Source: an uncultured bacterium (GTDB lineage Bacteria; Pseudomonadota; Gammaproteobacteria; Burkholderiales; SG8-39). From it: a stretch of DNA of 60,493 nt. Below, in pieces: positions 33,656-42,586 of this stretch. The stretch's first letter is position 1. Every line of letters begins with the position of its first letter. Where the stretch lies: contig CBDDSA010000090.1 in assembly GCA_965233185.1 (NCBI GenBank), positions 1-60,493 on the forward strand, read 5' to 3'. The notes under the pieces were generated by a model that worked only from the letters and a program-made list of their open reading frames with translations, searched no databases and was not told the DNA's origin. The position numbers and the translations under genes were made by a program.

Positions 33656-35278
33656 TTGAAAAGACTCGGGCTCCTCGGCAGCTTGGCGTTGACCATCGGC
33701 GTGGCGCTCGCGCTGCCGGTGACGCTGGTGCTCGCCAGCGTGTTCCAGGGGGGCGGCGAGACCTGGCGGCACCTCATTGATACGGGGCTGCTGCGCTATG
33801 TCTGGAACACCGGGCTGCTCTTGCTTGCCGTCGCCTGGGGCGTGATCTCCATGGGGGTGCTCTCGGCCTGGCTAATCACGGCCTACCGGTTCCCCGGGCG
33901 CGATACGCTGCAATGGGCGCTGATGCTGCCGCTTGCCGTACCGGCTTACGTCATGGCTTACGCCTATACGGACTGGCTGCAGTTCACCGGGCCGGTGCAG
34001 ACGGCGCTGCGCGAGCTCACCGGCTGGGGGGCCCGGGACTACTGGTTCCCGGAGATCCGCTCGCTGGCCGGCGCCGCCGCCATGCTGTCGTTCGCCATGT
34101 ACCCGTACGTCTACCTCATCGCGCGTACGGCGTTCAACGAGCTGCCGCGCAGCGCCATCGAAGCCGGCCGGCTCGCCGGCTACGGCGCCTGGGGCGCGTT
34201 CTTCCGCGTCGCCGTGCCCCTTGCGCGGCCTGCGATCGCGGCGGGCGCCTCGCTCGCGCTGATGGAAACGCTAGCCGATTTCGGCACCGTGTCCTACTTC
34301 GCGGTGGAGGTGTTCACCACCGGCATCTTCAAGGCCTGGCTTTCGATGGGCGACGCCGTGGCGGCGGCCCAGCTTTCGGCCTGCCTGCTGGCATTCGTCG
34401 TCGTGGTGCTCGCGCTCGAGCGGGCGAATCGCGGCCGCGCGGCCTACTACGGGGTGGCGCCGAGGAAGCCGGCGCCGCCGACTCGGCTGCGGGGGTGGTC
34501 GGGGGCAGCGGCAACCCTCGCTTGCGGCGCGCCGGTGGTTTTCGGCTTTGCGTTGCCGGCTGCGCTTCTTGGACGCCTCGCGTGGAGCGAGACGGGCGCG
34601 AGCGGGACACGAATGCTCGGCTTGATTACCAACAGCTTTTCACTGGCGGCAATGACGGCCCTCATCGCGGTGCTGTTCGCCCTCACGATGGCCTACGCCG
34701 CGCGCACTTCGCGCAGCCGCGCGGTCGCGGTCGTCAACCGCTTCGTGAGCTTGGGCTACGCGGTGCCCGGGGCGGTGATTGCCATAGGGGTGCTGGTGCC
34801 TCTGGGCCGCCTCGACAACCTGCTGGCCGATTGGCTGGAGCAGGCCTTCGCCATGAAGGTTGGCCTGCTGCTGACCGGCACGGTAACGGCGCTGATCTAT
34901 GCCTATCTCGTGCGCCTGCTCGCGGTCGCGCTCCAGACCACGGAAGCGGGGCTCGCCAAGATCACGCCAAGCATGGAAGACGCTTCGCGCTCGCTGGGCG
35001 CATCGTCCACGCGCACCTTGCTCCAGGTGCATGCGCCGCTGCTTGCCCCTACGCTGGCCACCGCCGCGCTGCTGGTTTTCGTCGACGTGCTCAAGGAGCT
35101 TCCGGCGACCTTCGCCTTGCGTCCCTTCAATTTCGACACGCTGGCCATAGAAGCCTACAACCTGGCCAAGGACGAGCGCCTGGCCGAGGCCGGGATACCA
35201 TCGCTTGTCATCGTCGCCGCCGGGCTGATCCCGGTGATCCTCGTATCGCGCCGGCTGGTACGCACCGGCGCGCCGTAG
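33656..35278 (+). CDS. fbpB: Fe(III) ABC transporter permease (FbpB-like)
   Basis: Duplicated permease halves: LPLA.PAYV.AY, METLADFG, GYAVPG.VIA, KELPAT..LRPFNFDTLA; TTG start uncertain. Confidence 0.9.
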   Translation: MKRLGLLGSLALTIGVALALPVTLVLASVFQGGGETWRHLIDTGLLRYVWNTGLLLLAVAWGVISMGVLSAWLITAYRFPGRDTLQWALMLPLAVPAYVMAYAYTDWLQFTGPVQTALRELTGWGARDYWFPEIRSLAGAAAMLSFAMYPYVYLIARTAFNELPRSAIEAGRLAGYGAWGAFFRVAVPLARPAIAAGASLALMETLADFGTVSYFAVEVFTTGIFKAWLSMGDAVAAAQLSACLLAFVVVVLALERANRGRAAYYGVAPRKPAPPTRLRGWSGAAATLACGAPVVFGFALPAALLGRLAWSETGASGTRMLGLITNSFSLAAMTALIAVLFALTMAYAARTSRSRAVAVVNRFVSLGYAVPGAVIAIGVLVPLGRLDNLLADWLEQAFAMKVGLLLTGTVTALIYAYLVRLLAVALQTTEAGLAKITPSMEDASRSLGASSTRTLLQVHAPLLAPTLATAALLVFVDVLKELPATFALRPFNFDTLAIEAYNLAKDERLAEAGIPSLVIVAAGLIPVILVSRRLVRTGAP

Positions 35279-35283
35279 TCGCG

Positions 35284-36312
35284 CTACTTCCAGCCTACCC
35301 GGTCGAAAATCTTCTGCGCGAGCGGCTGGTTGCGTCCCAGCACCGCCACGTTGATCGGGTCGTACGAAAATTCGCCCAGCGAGTTGAGCACGGGATTGAC
35401 GACGCGGGCGGAGCTGACTACCGGCCACTCGTTGTTTCCGTCGGCGAAATAGCGCTGCGCCTCATCGCTCGCCAGGTATTCAAGGAACGCCACCGCAGCA
35501 TCGCGATGCGGCGCATGCTTGAGCACCCCGGCGCCGGAGATGTTCACGTGGGTGCCGCTGCCCGCGAGCGTCGGCATGACGATGCCGATCTTCTCGGCCA
35601 CGGCCTTCTCGTCCGGCTTGCTCGAGCGCGCCAGCCGGGCATAGTAGTAGTGGTTGCTGATGGCGATGTCGCATTCGCCGGCGGCGACGGCTTTCAGCTG
35701 GTCGGTGTCGCCGCCCTTCGGCGCGCGCGCCATGTTCTCCTGCACCGCGCGCGCCCATTCCTGCGCCTTGGCCTCGCCCAGGCGGTCGATGAGCGCGCCC
35801 ATCAGCGACAGGTTGTAGATGTTGGTGGACGAGCGCACGCAGATGCGGTCGTTCCATTTGGGCTGCGCGAGCGCCTCGTAGCTTTTCACCTCGGCGGGCT
35901 CCACTTTCGCCTTGTTGTAGGCGATCACGCGCGCCCGCATGGAAAAGCCGAACCACTGGCCGCCGGGCTCGCGGAAGCTTTGCGGTATGCGCGATTCAAG
36001 GAGCGCGGATTTTACCGGCTGGAACAGTCCCATTTCCTGGGCGCGCCACAGCCGGCCGGCGTCCACCGTGATCAGCACGTCCGCCGGGCTGCGCGCGCCT
36101 TCGTTGCGGATGCGTTCCACCAGCGCGTCTTCGCCGGCCTCGATGCGGTTTACCTTGATGCCGGTTTTCTTGGTGAAGCCCGAATACAGCGCCTCGTCGG
36201 TCTGGTAATGCCGCGAGGAGTAGATGTTGACGACCTTGTCTTGCGCGGCCGCGCCACCGGCGAGCACCAGGCTGGCCAAGGCCATGGAGACACTGCAGAA
36301 AAGGATGCGCAT
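35284..36312 (-). CDS. fbpA: Fe(III) ABC transporter substrate-binding protein (FbpA/FutA-like)
   Basis: Signal peptide; VNIYSSRHY, SPADVLITVDAGRL, N.YN.SL, GGDTDQ, NHYYY tyrosine ligands. Confidence 0.92.
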   Translation of the reverse strand: MRILFCSVSMALASLVLAGGAAAQDKVVNIYSSRHYQTDEALYSGFTKKTGIKVNRIEAGEDALVERIRNEGARSPADVLITVDAGRLWRAQEMGLFQPVKSALLESRIPQSFREPGGQWFGFSMRARVIAYNKAKVEPAEVKSYEALAQPKWNDRICVRSSTNIYNLSLMGALIDRLGEAKAQEWARAVQENMARAPKGGDTDQLKAVAAGECDIAISNHYYYARLARSSKPDEKAVAEKIGIVMPTLAGSGTHVNISGAGVLKHAPHRDAAVAFLEYLASDEAQRYFADGNNEWPVVSSARVVNPVLNSLGEFSYDPINVAVLGRNQPLAQKIFDRVGWK

Positions 36313-36341
36313 GGGAGTCCCGAGCGGTTAGGATGGTAAAA

Positions 36342-36382
36342 GATAATGACTCTCATTGTTATTGTCAATGAGAGTCGTTATC
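36342..36382. promoter_or_regulatory. Tandem inverted pair of Fur boxes
   Basis: GATAATGACTCTCATTGTT (14/19 to GATAATGATAATCATTATC) and GTCAATGAGAGTCGTTATC form a 17-bp inverted repeat with one mismatch upstream of fbpA. Confidence 0.8.
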
Positions 36383-36391
36383 ATTTTCTGC

Positions 36392-36604
36392 ATGGATGAT
36401 CCGCAAGCCAGGGCGCTCCTGGCCGGGACCCTGGCGCTCATGACCCGATTCGCCGAATGCGGCTGCCCGTCGAGCGCGGATCGCATCCGGGAAAACCTGT
36501 TGCGGCTCTCGGCGATGCGGGAGCTGCCCTGGGAATTTCGCGCCGTGGTCGCCAAGCTCGGCGCGCGCTGGAGCCGGCTCGAGCCTAAATCGACGCTACA
36601 TTAG
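36392..36604 (+). CDS. Small hypothetical protein (70 aa) with CxC motif, probably Fur-regulated
   Basis: TTGTTA-N17-TATCAT promoter then 7 nt to ATG; MDDPQARALLAGTLALMT..AECGCP... Confidence 0.65.
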   Translation: MDDPQARALLAGTLALMTRFAECGCPSSADRIRENLLRLSAMRELPWEFRAVVAKLGARWSRLEPKSTLH

Positions 36605-36640
36605 TCCTTTGCGTAGACGCTGCGGCATCCCGCGCGTTGA

Positions 36641-37372
36641 ATGCTGAACATGATGCGCTCCGGGCTTGCCGCCATCCTCGCCTGCTTTGCCGTTCACGCC
36701 GCCGGCCAGCACGCGCTCGAATTCCTTCCATTGCGCCATCGCACGGTGGAGCAGGTGTTGCCGGTCCTGCGGCCGCTGCTCGAGCCGGGGGCCACCCTCA
36801 CCGGCCAGCGAGGCCAGCTCATCGTGCGCACCAGCCCCGAAAACCTGGCCGAGCTGAAGCAGGCGCTCGCCGGCATCGACCGGCCGCTGCGCCGCCTGCA
36901 GATCTCGGTGCGCTTCGACGATGCCGGGGCCGCCGAGAGCCGCGACCTGCGGGCCGGCGGCCGCATCGGCAACCGCGGCGCGCAGCTCGAGCTGCGCGGC
37001 GACGACCGGCAGCGCCGCAGCGATGAGCGCGTGGACCAGCGTATCCAGGTGCTCGAAGGCGGCCGCGCCTTCATCATGGCCGGACAGGCCATGCCGGTGC
37101 CCGGCGGGGTCTGGGAAACCGCGACCGGATTCGAGGCCGTGCCGCGGCTCTCCGGCGCCCACGTGCTGGTCGACATCGCGTCGCAGAAAGAATCCTTCGA
37201 CCGGCAAAGCCGCATGGCGACGACCGTGAGCGCGCGGCTGGGGGAGTGGTTCGAGGTCGGCAGCGCACTGGCGAGCGCCGCCCGCGACGACCGCGGCCTT
37301 GCCTCCGGCAGCCGGTCGCGCTCTTACGAGGCACGCCGCGTTTGGCTGAAAATCGAGGAGCTGGCGCCTTGA
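36641..37372 (+). CDS. Short secretin-like protein (Secretin_N/NolW-type domain plus abbreviated beta region)
   Basis: Signal peptide; L.L.HR..EQ.LP.LRPL...G.LIVR......E....LA.ID.P.R.L.I.V N-domain pattern; Q.IQVLEG..AFI..G and TGF...PRL.G..V; start may be 36650 or 36653. Confidence 0.65.
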   Translation: MLNMMRSGLAAILACFAVHAAGQHALEFLPLRHRTVEQVLPVLRPLLEPGATLTGQRGQLIVRTSPENLAELKQALAGIDRPLRRLQISVRFDDAGAAESRDLRAGGRIGNRGAQLELRGDDRQRRSDERVDQRIQVLEGGRAFIMAGQAMPVPGGVWETATGFEAVPRLSGAHVLVDIASQKESFDRQSRMATTVSARLGEWFEVGSALASAARDDRGLASGSRSRSYEARRVWLKIEELAP

Positions 37373-39306
37373 AGGAGGCGCTCGAGCGCGCTTTCGCCGC
37401 CGCCGGGCCGCTCGCAGCCGCCGTCCCGGGATTCCGCCTGCGCGCGCAGCAGCTTGAAATGTCAGCCGCGATCGGCGCGGCCATCCAGGCGACCGGCGTG
37501 CTGGTCGCCGAAGCGGGCACCGGCACCGGCAAAACCTTCGCGTACCTCGTGCCGGCGCTGCTAGGCGGCGGCAAAGTGATCGTCTCCACCGGCACCAAGA
37601 CGCTGCAGGACCAGCTTTTCGAGCGCGACCTGCCGGCGGTGCGAGGCGCGCTCGCCTCCGGCGCTTCGGCCGCGGTATTGAAGGGCCGGGCCAACTACGT
37701 GTGCCTGTACCGGCTGCGCCGTGCCGCCAGCGAGGCGCGCCTGGCAAGCCGCGAGGAAGCCGCACAGTTGCGCCGCATCGAGCGCTTCGCTGCGGTGAGC
37801 GCCACCGGCGATCGCGCCGACCTTGCCGATGTGCCCGAGGACGCGCCGGTGTGGATGCATGCCACCTCCACGCGCGACAACTGCCTGGGGCAGGGCTGTC
37901 CGGATTACCGCGACTGCTTCGTGATGCGCGCGCGCAAGAATGCGCTCGCCGCCGACGTGGTGGTGGTCAACCACCACCTGTTCTTCGCCGACCTCGTGCT
38001 GCGCGAGGAGGGCATCTCCGAGCTGCTGCCGGCGTGCAACACGGTGATCTTCGACGAGGCGCACCAGCTTCCCGAGACCGCGCGCATGTTCTTCGGCGAG
38101 ACGCTGTCGAGCGCGCAGCTCGTCGAGCTCGCGCGCGACACGCGCGTGGAGCTGCGTGCCGCGGGCGGCGGCTCGCCCGAGCTCGACGGCCTCGCCGGCC
38201 GGCTGGAAAAGGCGGCGCGCGACCTGCGTCTTGCCTTCGGCGAGACGCCGGCGCGCTTTGCCTGGACCCAGGCGATGCGCCTGCCCGGGTTCGAGGCGGG
38301 CGTCGAGAAATTGAACGGCTGCCTGCACCAGATCGAGGAAGCGCTTGCGGCGCAGGCGGGGCGCTCGGAGGGCATCGATTCCTGCGCGCGCCGCGCGACG
38401 GCGGCGCTGCACACGCTCATCCGCCTGCGCGAAGGCGACGCGGCGAGCGAGGTGCGCTGGGCGGAGGTTTTCGCCCATGCGGTGCAGCTGCACGTGACCC
38501 CGCTTTCCTCGGCGGAGCTGTTCAAGAAGCAGATGAGCGATCACCCGCGCGCCTGGATCTTTACCTCCGCCACCCTGGCGGTGGGAGAGGATTTCGGCCA
38601 TTTCACGCGCGAGCTCGGCGTGCCCCAGGCGCAGGCGCGTCGCTGGTCCAGCCCGTTCGATTTCCAGCAGCAGGCGCTGCTCTACCTGCCCAAGGGCCTG
38701 CCCCCCGATCCCAACGACGCAGGCTTCACCGAGGGGATGATCGAGGCCGTGCTCCCGGTGCTGCGCGCGAGCGGCGGCCGGGCGTTCCTGCTGTTCACCA
38801 CGTTGCGCGCGCTGCGCCGCGCGCACGAGCTGCTGCACGGCCGGCTGCCGTTTCCGCTGCTCGCGCAGGGGACCGGCTCGCGCAGCGAGCTGCTGGCGCG
38901 CTTTCGCAGCCTGGGCAATGCCGTGCTCCTGGGCAGCCAGTCATTCTGGGAGGGCGTCGACGTGCGCGGCGAAGCGCTGTCGGTGGTGGTGATCGACAAG
39001 CTGCCGTTCGCGCCGCCCGACGACCCCGTGCTCGCCGCGCGCATCGAGGGCCTGCGCGCCCAGGGCGGCAACCCCTTCAACGACCTGCAGCTGCCGCAGG
39101 CGGTGCTGCAGCTCAAGCAGGGGGCGGGGCGCCTGATCCGCGACGAGACCGACCGCGGCGTGCTCGTGCTCTGCGACCCGCGCCTGCTGTCGAAACCTTA
39201 CGGGCGCCGCATCCTGGCGAGCCTGCCGCGCATGAAGCTCACGCGCGAGCTGGCCGAGGTGGAGGGCTTTTTCGCGCCGCCTCCTCCTCGATGTGAATAC
39301 GGATGA
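37369..39306 (+). CDS. ATP-dependent DNA helicase DinG/YoaA family (Fe-S)
   Basis: TTG start; EAGTGTGKT, KGR.NY.C, C.G..CP....C cluster, DEAH, FWEGVDV.G, KQGAGRLIR. Confidence 0.93.
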   Translation: MKEALERAFAAAGPLAAAVPGFRLRAQQLEMSAAIGAAIQATGVLVAEAGTGTGKTFAYLVPALLGGGKVIVSTGTKTLQDQLFERDLPAVRGALASGASAAVLKGRANYVCLYRLRRAASEARLASREEAAQLRRIERFAAVSATGDRADLADVPEDAPVWMHATSTRDNCLGQGCPDYRDCFVMRARKNALAADVVVVNHHLFFADLVLREEGISELLPACNTVIFDEAHQLPETARMFFGETLSSAQLVELARDTRVELRAAGGGSPELDGLAGRLEKAARDLRLAFGETPARFAWTQAMRLPGFEAGVEKLNGCLHQIEEALAAQAGRSEGIDSCARRATAALHTLIRLREGDAASEVRWAEVFAHAVQLHVTPLSSAELFKKQMSDHPRAWIFTSATLAVGEDFGHFTRELGVPQAQARRWSSPFDFQQQALLYLPKGLPPDPNDAGFTEGMIEAVLPVLRASGGRAFLLFTTLRALRRAHELLHGRLPFPLLAQGTGSRSELLARFRSLGNAVLLGSQSFWEGVDVRGEALSVVVIDKLPFAPPDDPVLAARIEGLRAQGGNPFNDLQLPQAVLQLKQGAGRLIRDETDRGVLVLCDPRLLSKPYGRRILASLPRMKLTRELAEVEGFFAPPPPRCEYG

Positions 39307-40192
39307 TGTCCTCGAAGCTGGCGTCGGCGCGAAAGCCGAGCGACAGCGCGCGCCTGGCATCGAAGTTCTGCGGCCAGCCGGCGACGATGCGCGCGATCGT
39401 GGGGTCCGGCTCGCGGCGGATGAGCGCCGCGGTGCGCTCGCCGGCGATTTTCCTGAGCGCGGCGATCTGCTCGCCCACGTTCGCGCAAACGCCCGGCATG
39501 TTGAGGCTGCGCCGCGCGCCGAGCCGCTCTTCCGGCAGCGCGGCGGCGTGCAGCAGGAACCCGACCGCGGCGCGCGGCGAGGCGAACCAGTGGCGCACCG
39601 TCTCGGGCACCGGCAGCACGGCTTGCTCGCCGTTCAGCGGCTCGCGGATGATGCCGGAGAAGAATCCCGAGGCGGCCTGGTTCGGCCGGCCCGGACGCAC
39701 GCAGATCGTGGGTAACCGGATGCCAATGCCGTCGACAAAGCTGCGCCGGCTGTAGTCCGCCAGCAGCAGCTCGCCGATCGCCTTTTGCGTGCCGTAGCTC
39801 GTGAGCGGCGCGCTCAGGAACTCATCATTTATGGCCTCGGGAAACGGCGCACCGAACACCGCGATCGACGAGGCGAAGACCAGCCGGGGCCGGTAGCCGC
39901 CGCCTGCCTGCCGGATGGCTTCGAGAAGACGCCGCGTGCCCTCCAGGTTGACGCGGTAGCCCTTGTCGAAGTCCGCCTCCGCCTCTCCCGAAACCACGGC
40001 TGCCAGGTGGAATATCAGCGCCGGGCGCTCGGCGATCAGCGCCTCCGCTACACCCGGGACGGATAGGTCCGAAACCACGGTCCTGGCCTCGGCCTGGAAT
40101 TGCACCACGTCGTGCAGCGTAAGCTCGCCCTCGAGGCGCTGGACGAGCTTGCGGCCGATCATCCCGGCCGCGCCGGTGACCAGGATCTTCAC
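39239..40192 (-). CDS. denD: NAD-dependent epimerase/dehydrogenase, D-erythronate dehydrogenase-like
   Basis: GTG start overlapping the bamD stop; TGAAGMIG, HLAAVVSGEAE.DFD.G..VN, SYGTQK, RLPTI.VRPG.PN.AAS.F.S.IIREPL. Confidence 0.78.
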   Translation of the reverse strand: MKILVTGAAGMIGRKLVQRLEGELTLHDVVQFQAEARTVVSDLSVPGVAEALIAERPALIFHLAAVVSGEAEADFDKGYRVNLEGTRRLLEAIRQAGGGYRPRLVFASSIAVFGAPFPEAINDEFLSAPLTSYGTQKAIGELLLADYSRRSFVDGIGIRLPTICVRPGRPNQAASGFFSGIIREPLNGEQAVLPVPETVRHWFASPRAAVGFLLHAAALPEERLGARRSLNMPGVCANVGEQIAALRKIAGERTAALIRREPDPTIARIVAGWPQNFDARRALSLGFRADASFEDIIRIHIEEEAARKSPPPRPARA

Positions 40193-40995
40193 CACTGCGG
40201 ATCCCACAGCCGCCACCAGGGCACGTCGGGCTTGACGCCGCCCGGCTTGAGGTAGGGGCTGTCGGGAAAATTTTTCTGCATCACCCGATCGGCCGCGTCG
40301 CGCAGCTCCGGCATGCCGAGGGCGTCGTAGGCCTTCACCAGGATGAACACCGCTTCTTCCACCGCCGGCGCCTGCGGATAATGCTGGATGGCGTACTGCG
40401 CGCGGTTGGCGGCGGCTATGTACGCCGTGCGCTTCATGTAGTAGCGCGCCACGTGCACTTCGTGCGAGGCGAGGGCATTGACGAGATAGCGCATGCGCGC
40501 CGCCGCGTCCGCGGCGTACTTCGACTGCGGAAAGCGCGCCACCACTTCGCGGAACGCTTCGAACGCCTCGCGCGACGCTTTGGGGTCGCGGTCGCTCATG
40601 TCGGGCGAGGCAAGAAAGCCGAGCAGTCCCTGATCGTCGTTGAAGTTGATCAGGCCCTTGAGGTAGTACGCGTAGTCGAGGTGCTGATGGTTGGGATAAA
40701 GCTTGATGAAGCGGTCGGCGGCAGCGAGCGCTGCGCCGCGCTCGTCGGCCTTCCAGTGGCAATAGGCCGCCTCGAGCTGGGCCTGCTGCGCGAAGCGTCC
40801 GTAGGGAAAGCGCGCCTCCAGCTTCTCGAAATACTTGATCGCCTGGTCCCACTGCTTCGACGCCATGCTGTCCTTCGCCTCGCCGTACAGGCGCTGCGCC
40901 GACCAGCCGATGGTTTCGTCGGGGTCCTGACCGGAGAAGATGCCGCAGCCCGCGACGACCAGCGCGGCGAGCACAGCAAGTAGACTTGAGCGCAT
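40189..40995 (-). CDS. bamD: Outer membrane protein assembly factor BamD
   Basis: Lipobox VAGC; LE.RFPYG..AQQA, RFIKLYPNH...DYAYYLKG, RDP, AAANRA; divergent from rluD. Confidence 0.95.
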   Translation of the reverse strand: MRSSLLAVLAALVVAGCGIFSGQDPDETIGWSAQRLYGEAKDSMASKQWDQAIKYFEKLEARFPYGRFAQQAQLEAAYCHWKADERGAALAAADRFIKLYPNHQHLDYAYYLKGLINFNDDQGLLGFLASPDMSDRDPKASREAFEAFREVVARFPQSKYAADAAARMRYLVNALASHEVHVARYYMKRTAYIAAANRAQYAIQHYPQAPAVEEAVFILVKAYDALGMPELRDAADRVMQKNFPDSPYLKPGGVKPDVPWWRLWDPQW

Positions 40996-41947
40996 GGGAA
41001 GCAAAAATTATAGCGACTCGGACTGGGAGGAGGGCTTTGCCGCCGCCATGACGGCGACCGTGCCCGCCGCGCTCGGCGGCCTGCGTTTCGACCAGGCGCT
41101 CGCGCGCGTGTTCCCGCAATACTCGCGCAACCGGCTGCAGGCCTGGCTGAAGGCCGGGCATATTACGCTCGACGGCCGGCACGCGGGGGCGCGTGACGCC
41201 GTCATGGGCGGCGAGCGCATCGTGCTGGAGCCGCCGCCCGTGCCTGAGGCGGCGGCGCCCAAGGCGCAGCGCATGCCGCTCAAGATCGTGCACGAGGATG
41301 CCGACCTCATCGTCATCGACAAGCCGGCCGGGCTGGTGGTGCACCCCGGCGCCGGTCAGCCCGACCGCACGCTGCTCAACGCGCTGCTCGCGCACGCGCC
41401 GCGCCTGGCCGGCGTGCCGCGCGCCGGCATCGTGCACCGCCTGGACAAGGACACCAGCGGACTGCTGGTGGTGGCGAAAACCGTCGAGGCGCAGGCCGAG
41501 CTCGCGCGCCAGCTCGCCGAGCGCAGCGTGCGGCGCATCTACCTCGCGCTGGTGCAGGGGGACCCGCCGGCGAGCGGCACGGTCGACGCGGCCATCGGCC
41601 GCGATGTGCGCTCGCGCGTGCGCATGGCGGTGTCCCAGCGCGGCAAGCCGGCGCGCACTGCGTATCGCGTGGTCGAGCGCTTCGGCCACGCGGCGCTGAT
41701 CGAATGCCGCCTGGAGACCGGGCGCACGCACCAGATTCGCGTGCACCTGCAGCACATTCGCCATCCCCTGGTAGGCGACACGGTGTACCGGCGCGGCACG
41801 CGCCACGGGCTGTCGTTTCCGCGGCAGGCACTGCACGCCGCCGAGCTCAGCTTGACGCACCCGCGCACGCGGCAAGTGATGACCTGGCGCTCGCCGTTGC
41901 CTCGCGACATGAAGCGCCTGCTCGACACCCTGAGGAGCGAGGCTTGA
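40994..41947 (+). CDS. rluD: 23S rRNA pseudouridine synthase (RluD)
   Basis: S4 domain R.DQALA...YSR..LQ.W, DKPAGLVVHPG, GIVHRLDKDTSGL, LETGRTHQIRVH, RQALHA. Confidence 0.93.
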   Translation: MGSKNYSDSDWEEGFAAAMTATVPAALGGLRFDQALARVFPQYSRNRLQAWLKAGHITLDGRHAGARDAVMGGERIVLEPPPVPEAAAPKAQRMPLKIVHEDADLIVIDKPAGLVVHPGAGQPDRTLLNALLAHAPRLAGVPRAGIVHRLDKDTSGLLVVAKTVEAQAELARQLAERSVRRIYLALVQGDPPASGTVDAAIGRDVRSRVRMAVSQRGKPARTAYRVVERFGHAALIECRLETGRTHQIRVHLQHIRHPLVGDTVYRRGTRHGLSFPRQALHAAELSLTHPRTRQVMTWRSPLPRDMKRLLDTLRSEA

Positions 41948-42573
41948 TCGTTCCGCAATGGCCCGCACCGCTGCGGGTGCGCGCGGTGATGACGCTGCGG
42001 ACCACGCGCGAGGATGAGCTGCGCGCCCTCATGCCGCGCGAGCCGAGCTGGCTGCGGCAGGTTCACGGAACAACCGTCATCGACCTCGATTCCTCTTCTT
42101 CAATGGAACGCGAAGGCGATGCGTCCGTCACCCGCGTCCCCGGAACCGTGTGCGCCATCAAGGCGGCCGACTGCATGCCCGTGCTGCTCGCCGACGAGGC
42201 GGGCACCGTGGTGGGCGGCGCGCACGCCGGATGGCGCGGGCTCGCGGCGGGCGTGATCGAGGCGACGATCGAGGCCATGGGGGTACCGGGCAGGCGCCTG
42301 ATCGCCTGGATGGGGCCCGCCATCGGGCCGGGCGTCTACGAGGTCGGCGACGAGGTGCGCGCCGTCTTCGAGGAGAAAGACGCATTTTCGCCGGCGCGGC
42401 CGGGCCACTGGCTGCTCGACCTGTACGCGGTGGCGCGCCATCGCCTGAAGCGCGAGGGCGTGCAAAGCGTGTTTGGCGGCGGCTTCTGCACTTTCTCGGA
42501 GCCGCAACGGTTCTACTCGTATCGCCGCGACGGCAGCACCGGCCGCATGGCCGCGCTCATCTGGCTCACGTAG
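41944..42573 (+). CDS. pgeF: Purine nucleoside phosphorylase / peptidoglycan editing factor (YfiH/PgeF)
   Basis: TTG start; WL.QVHG, ADC.PVL, AHAGWRGL, GPAIG, FYSYRR...TGRM. Confidence 0.92.
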   Translation: MIVPQWPAPLRVRAVMTLRTTREDELRALMPREPSWLRQVHGTTVIDLDSSSSMEREGDASVTRVPGTVCAIKAADCMPVLLADEAGTVVGGAHAGWRGLAAGVIEATIEAMGVPGRRLIAWMGPAIGPGVYEVGDEVRAVFEEKDAFSPARPGHWLLDLYAVARHRLKREGVQSVFGGGFCTFSEPQRFYSYRRDGSTGRMAALIWLT

Positions 42574-42586
42574 AATCCTCACCCCC

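Noticed and set aside
39239..41968. 909-aa minus-strand ORF suggesting a large fusion protein
   Set aside because: Only the last ~317 codons (GTG 40192) are the dehydrogenase; the rest overlaps bamD in another frame and rluD antisense
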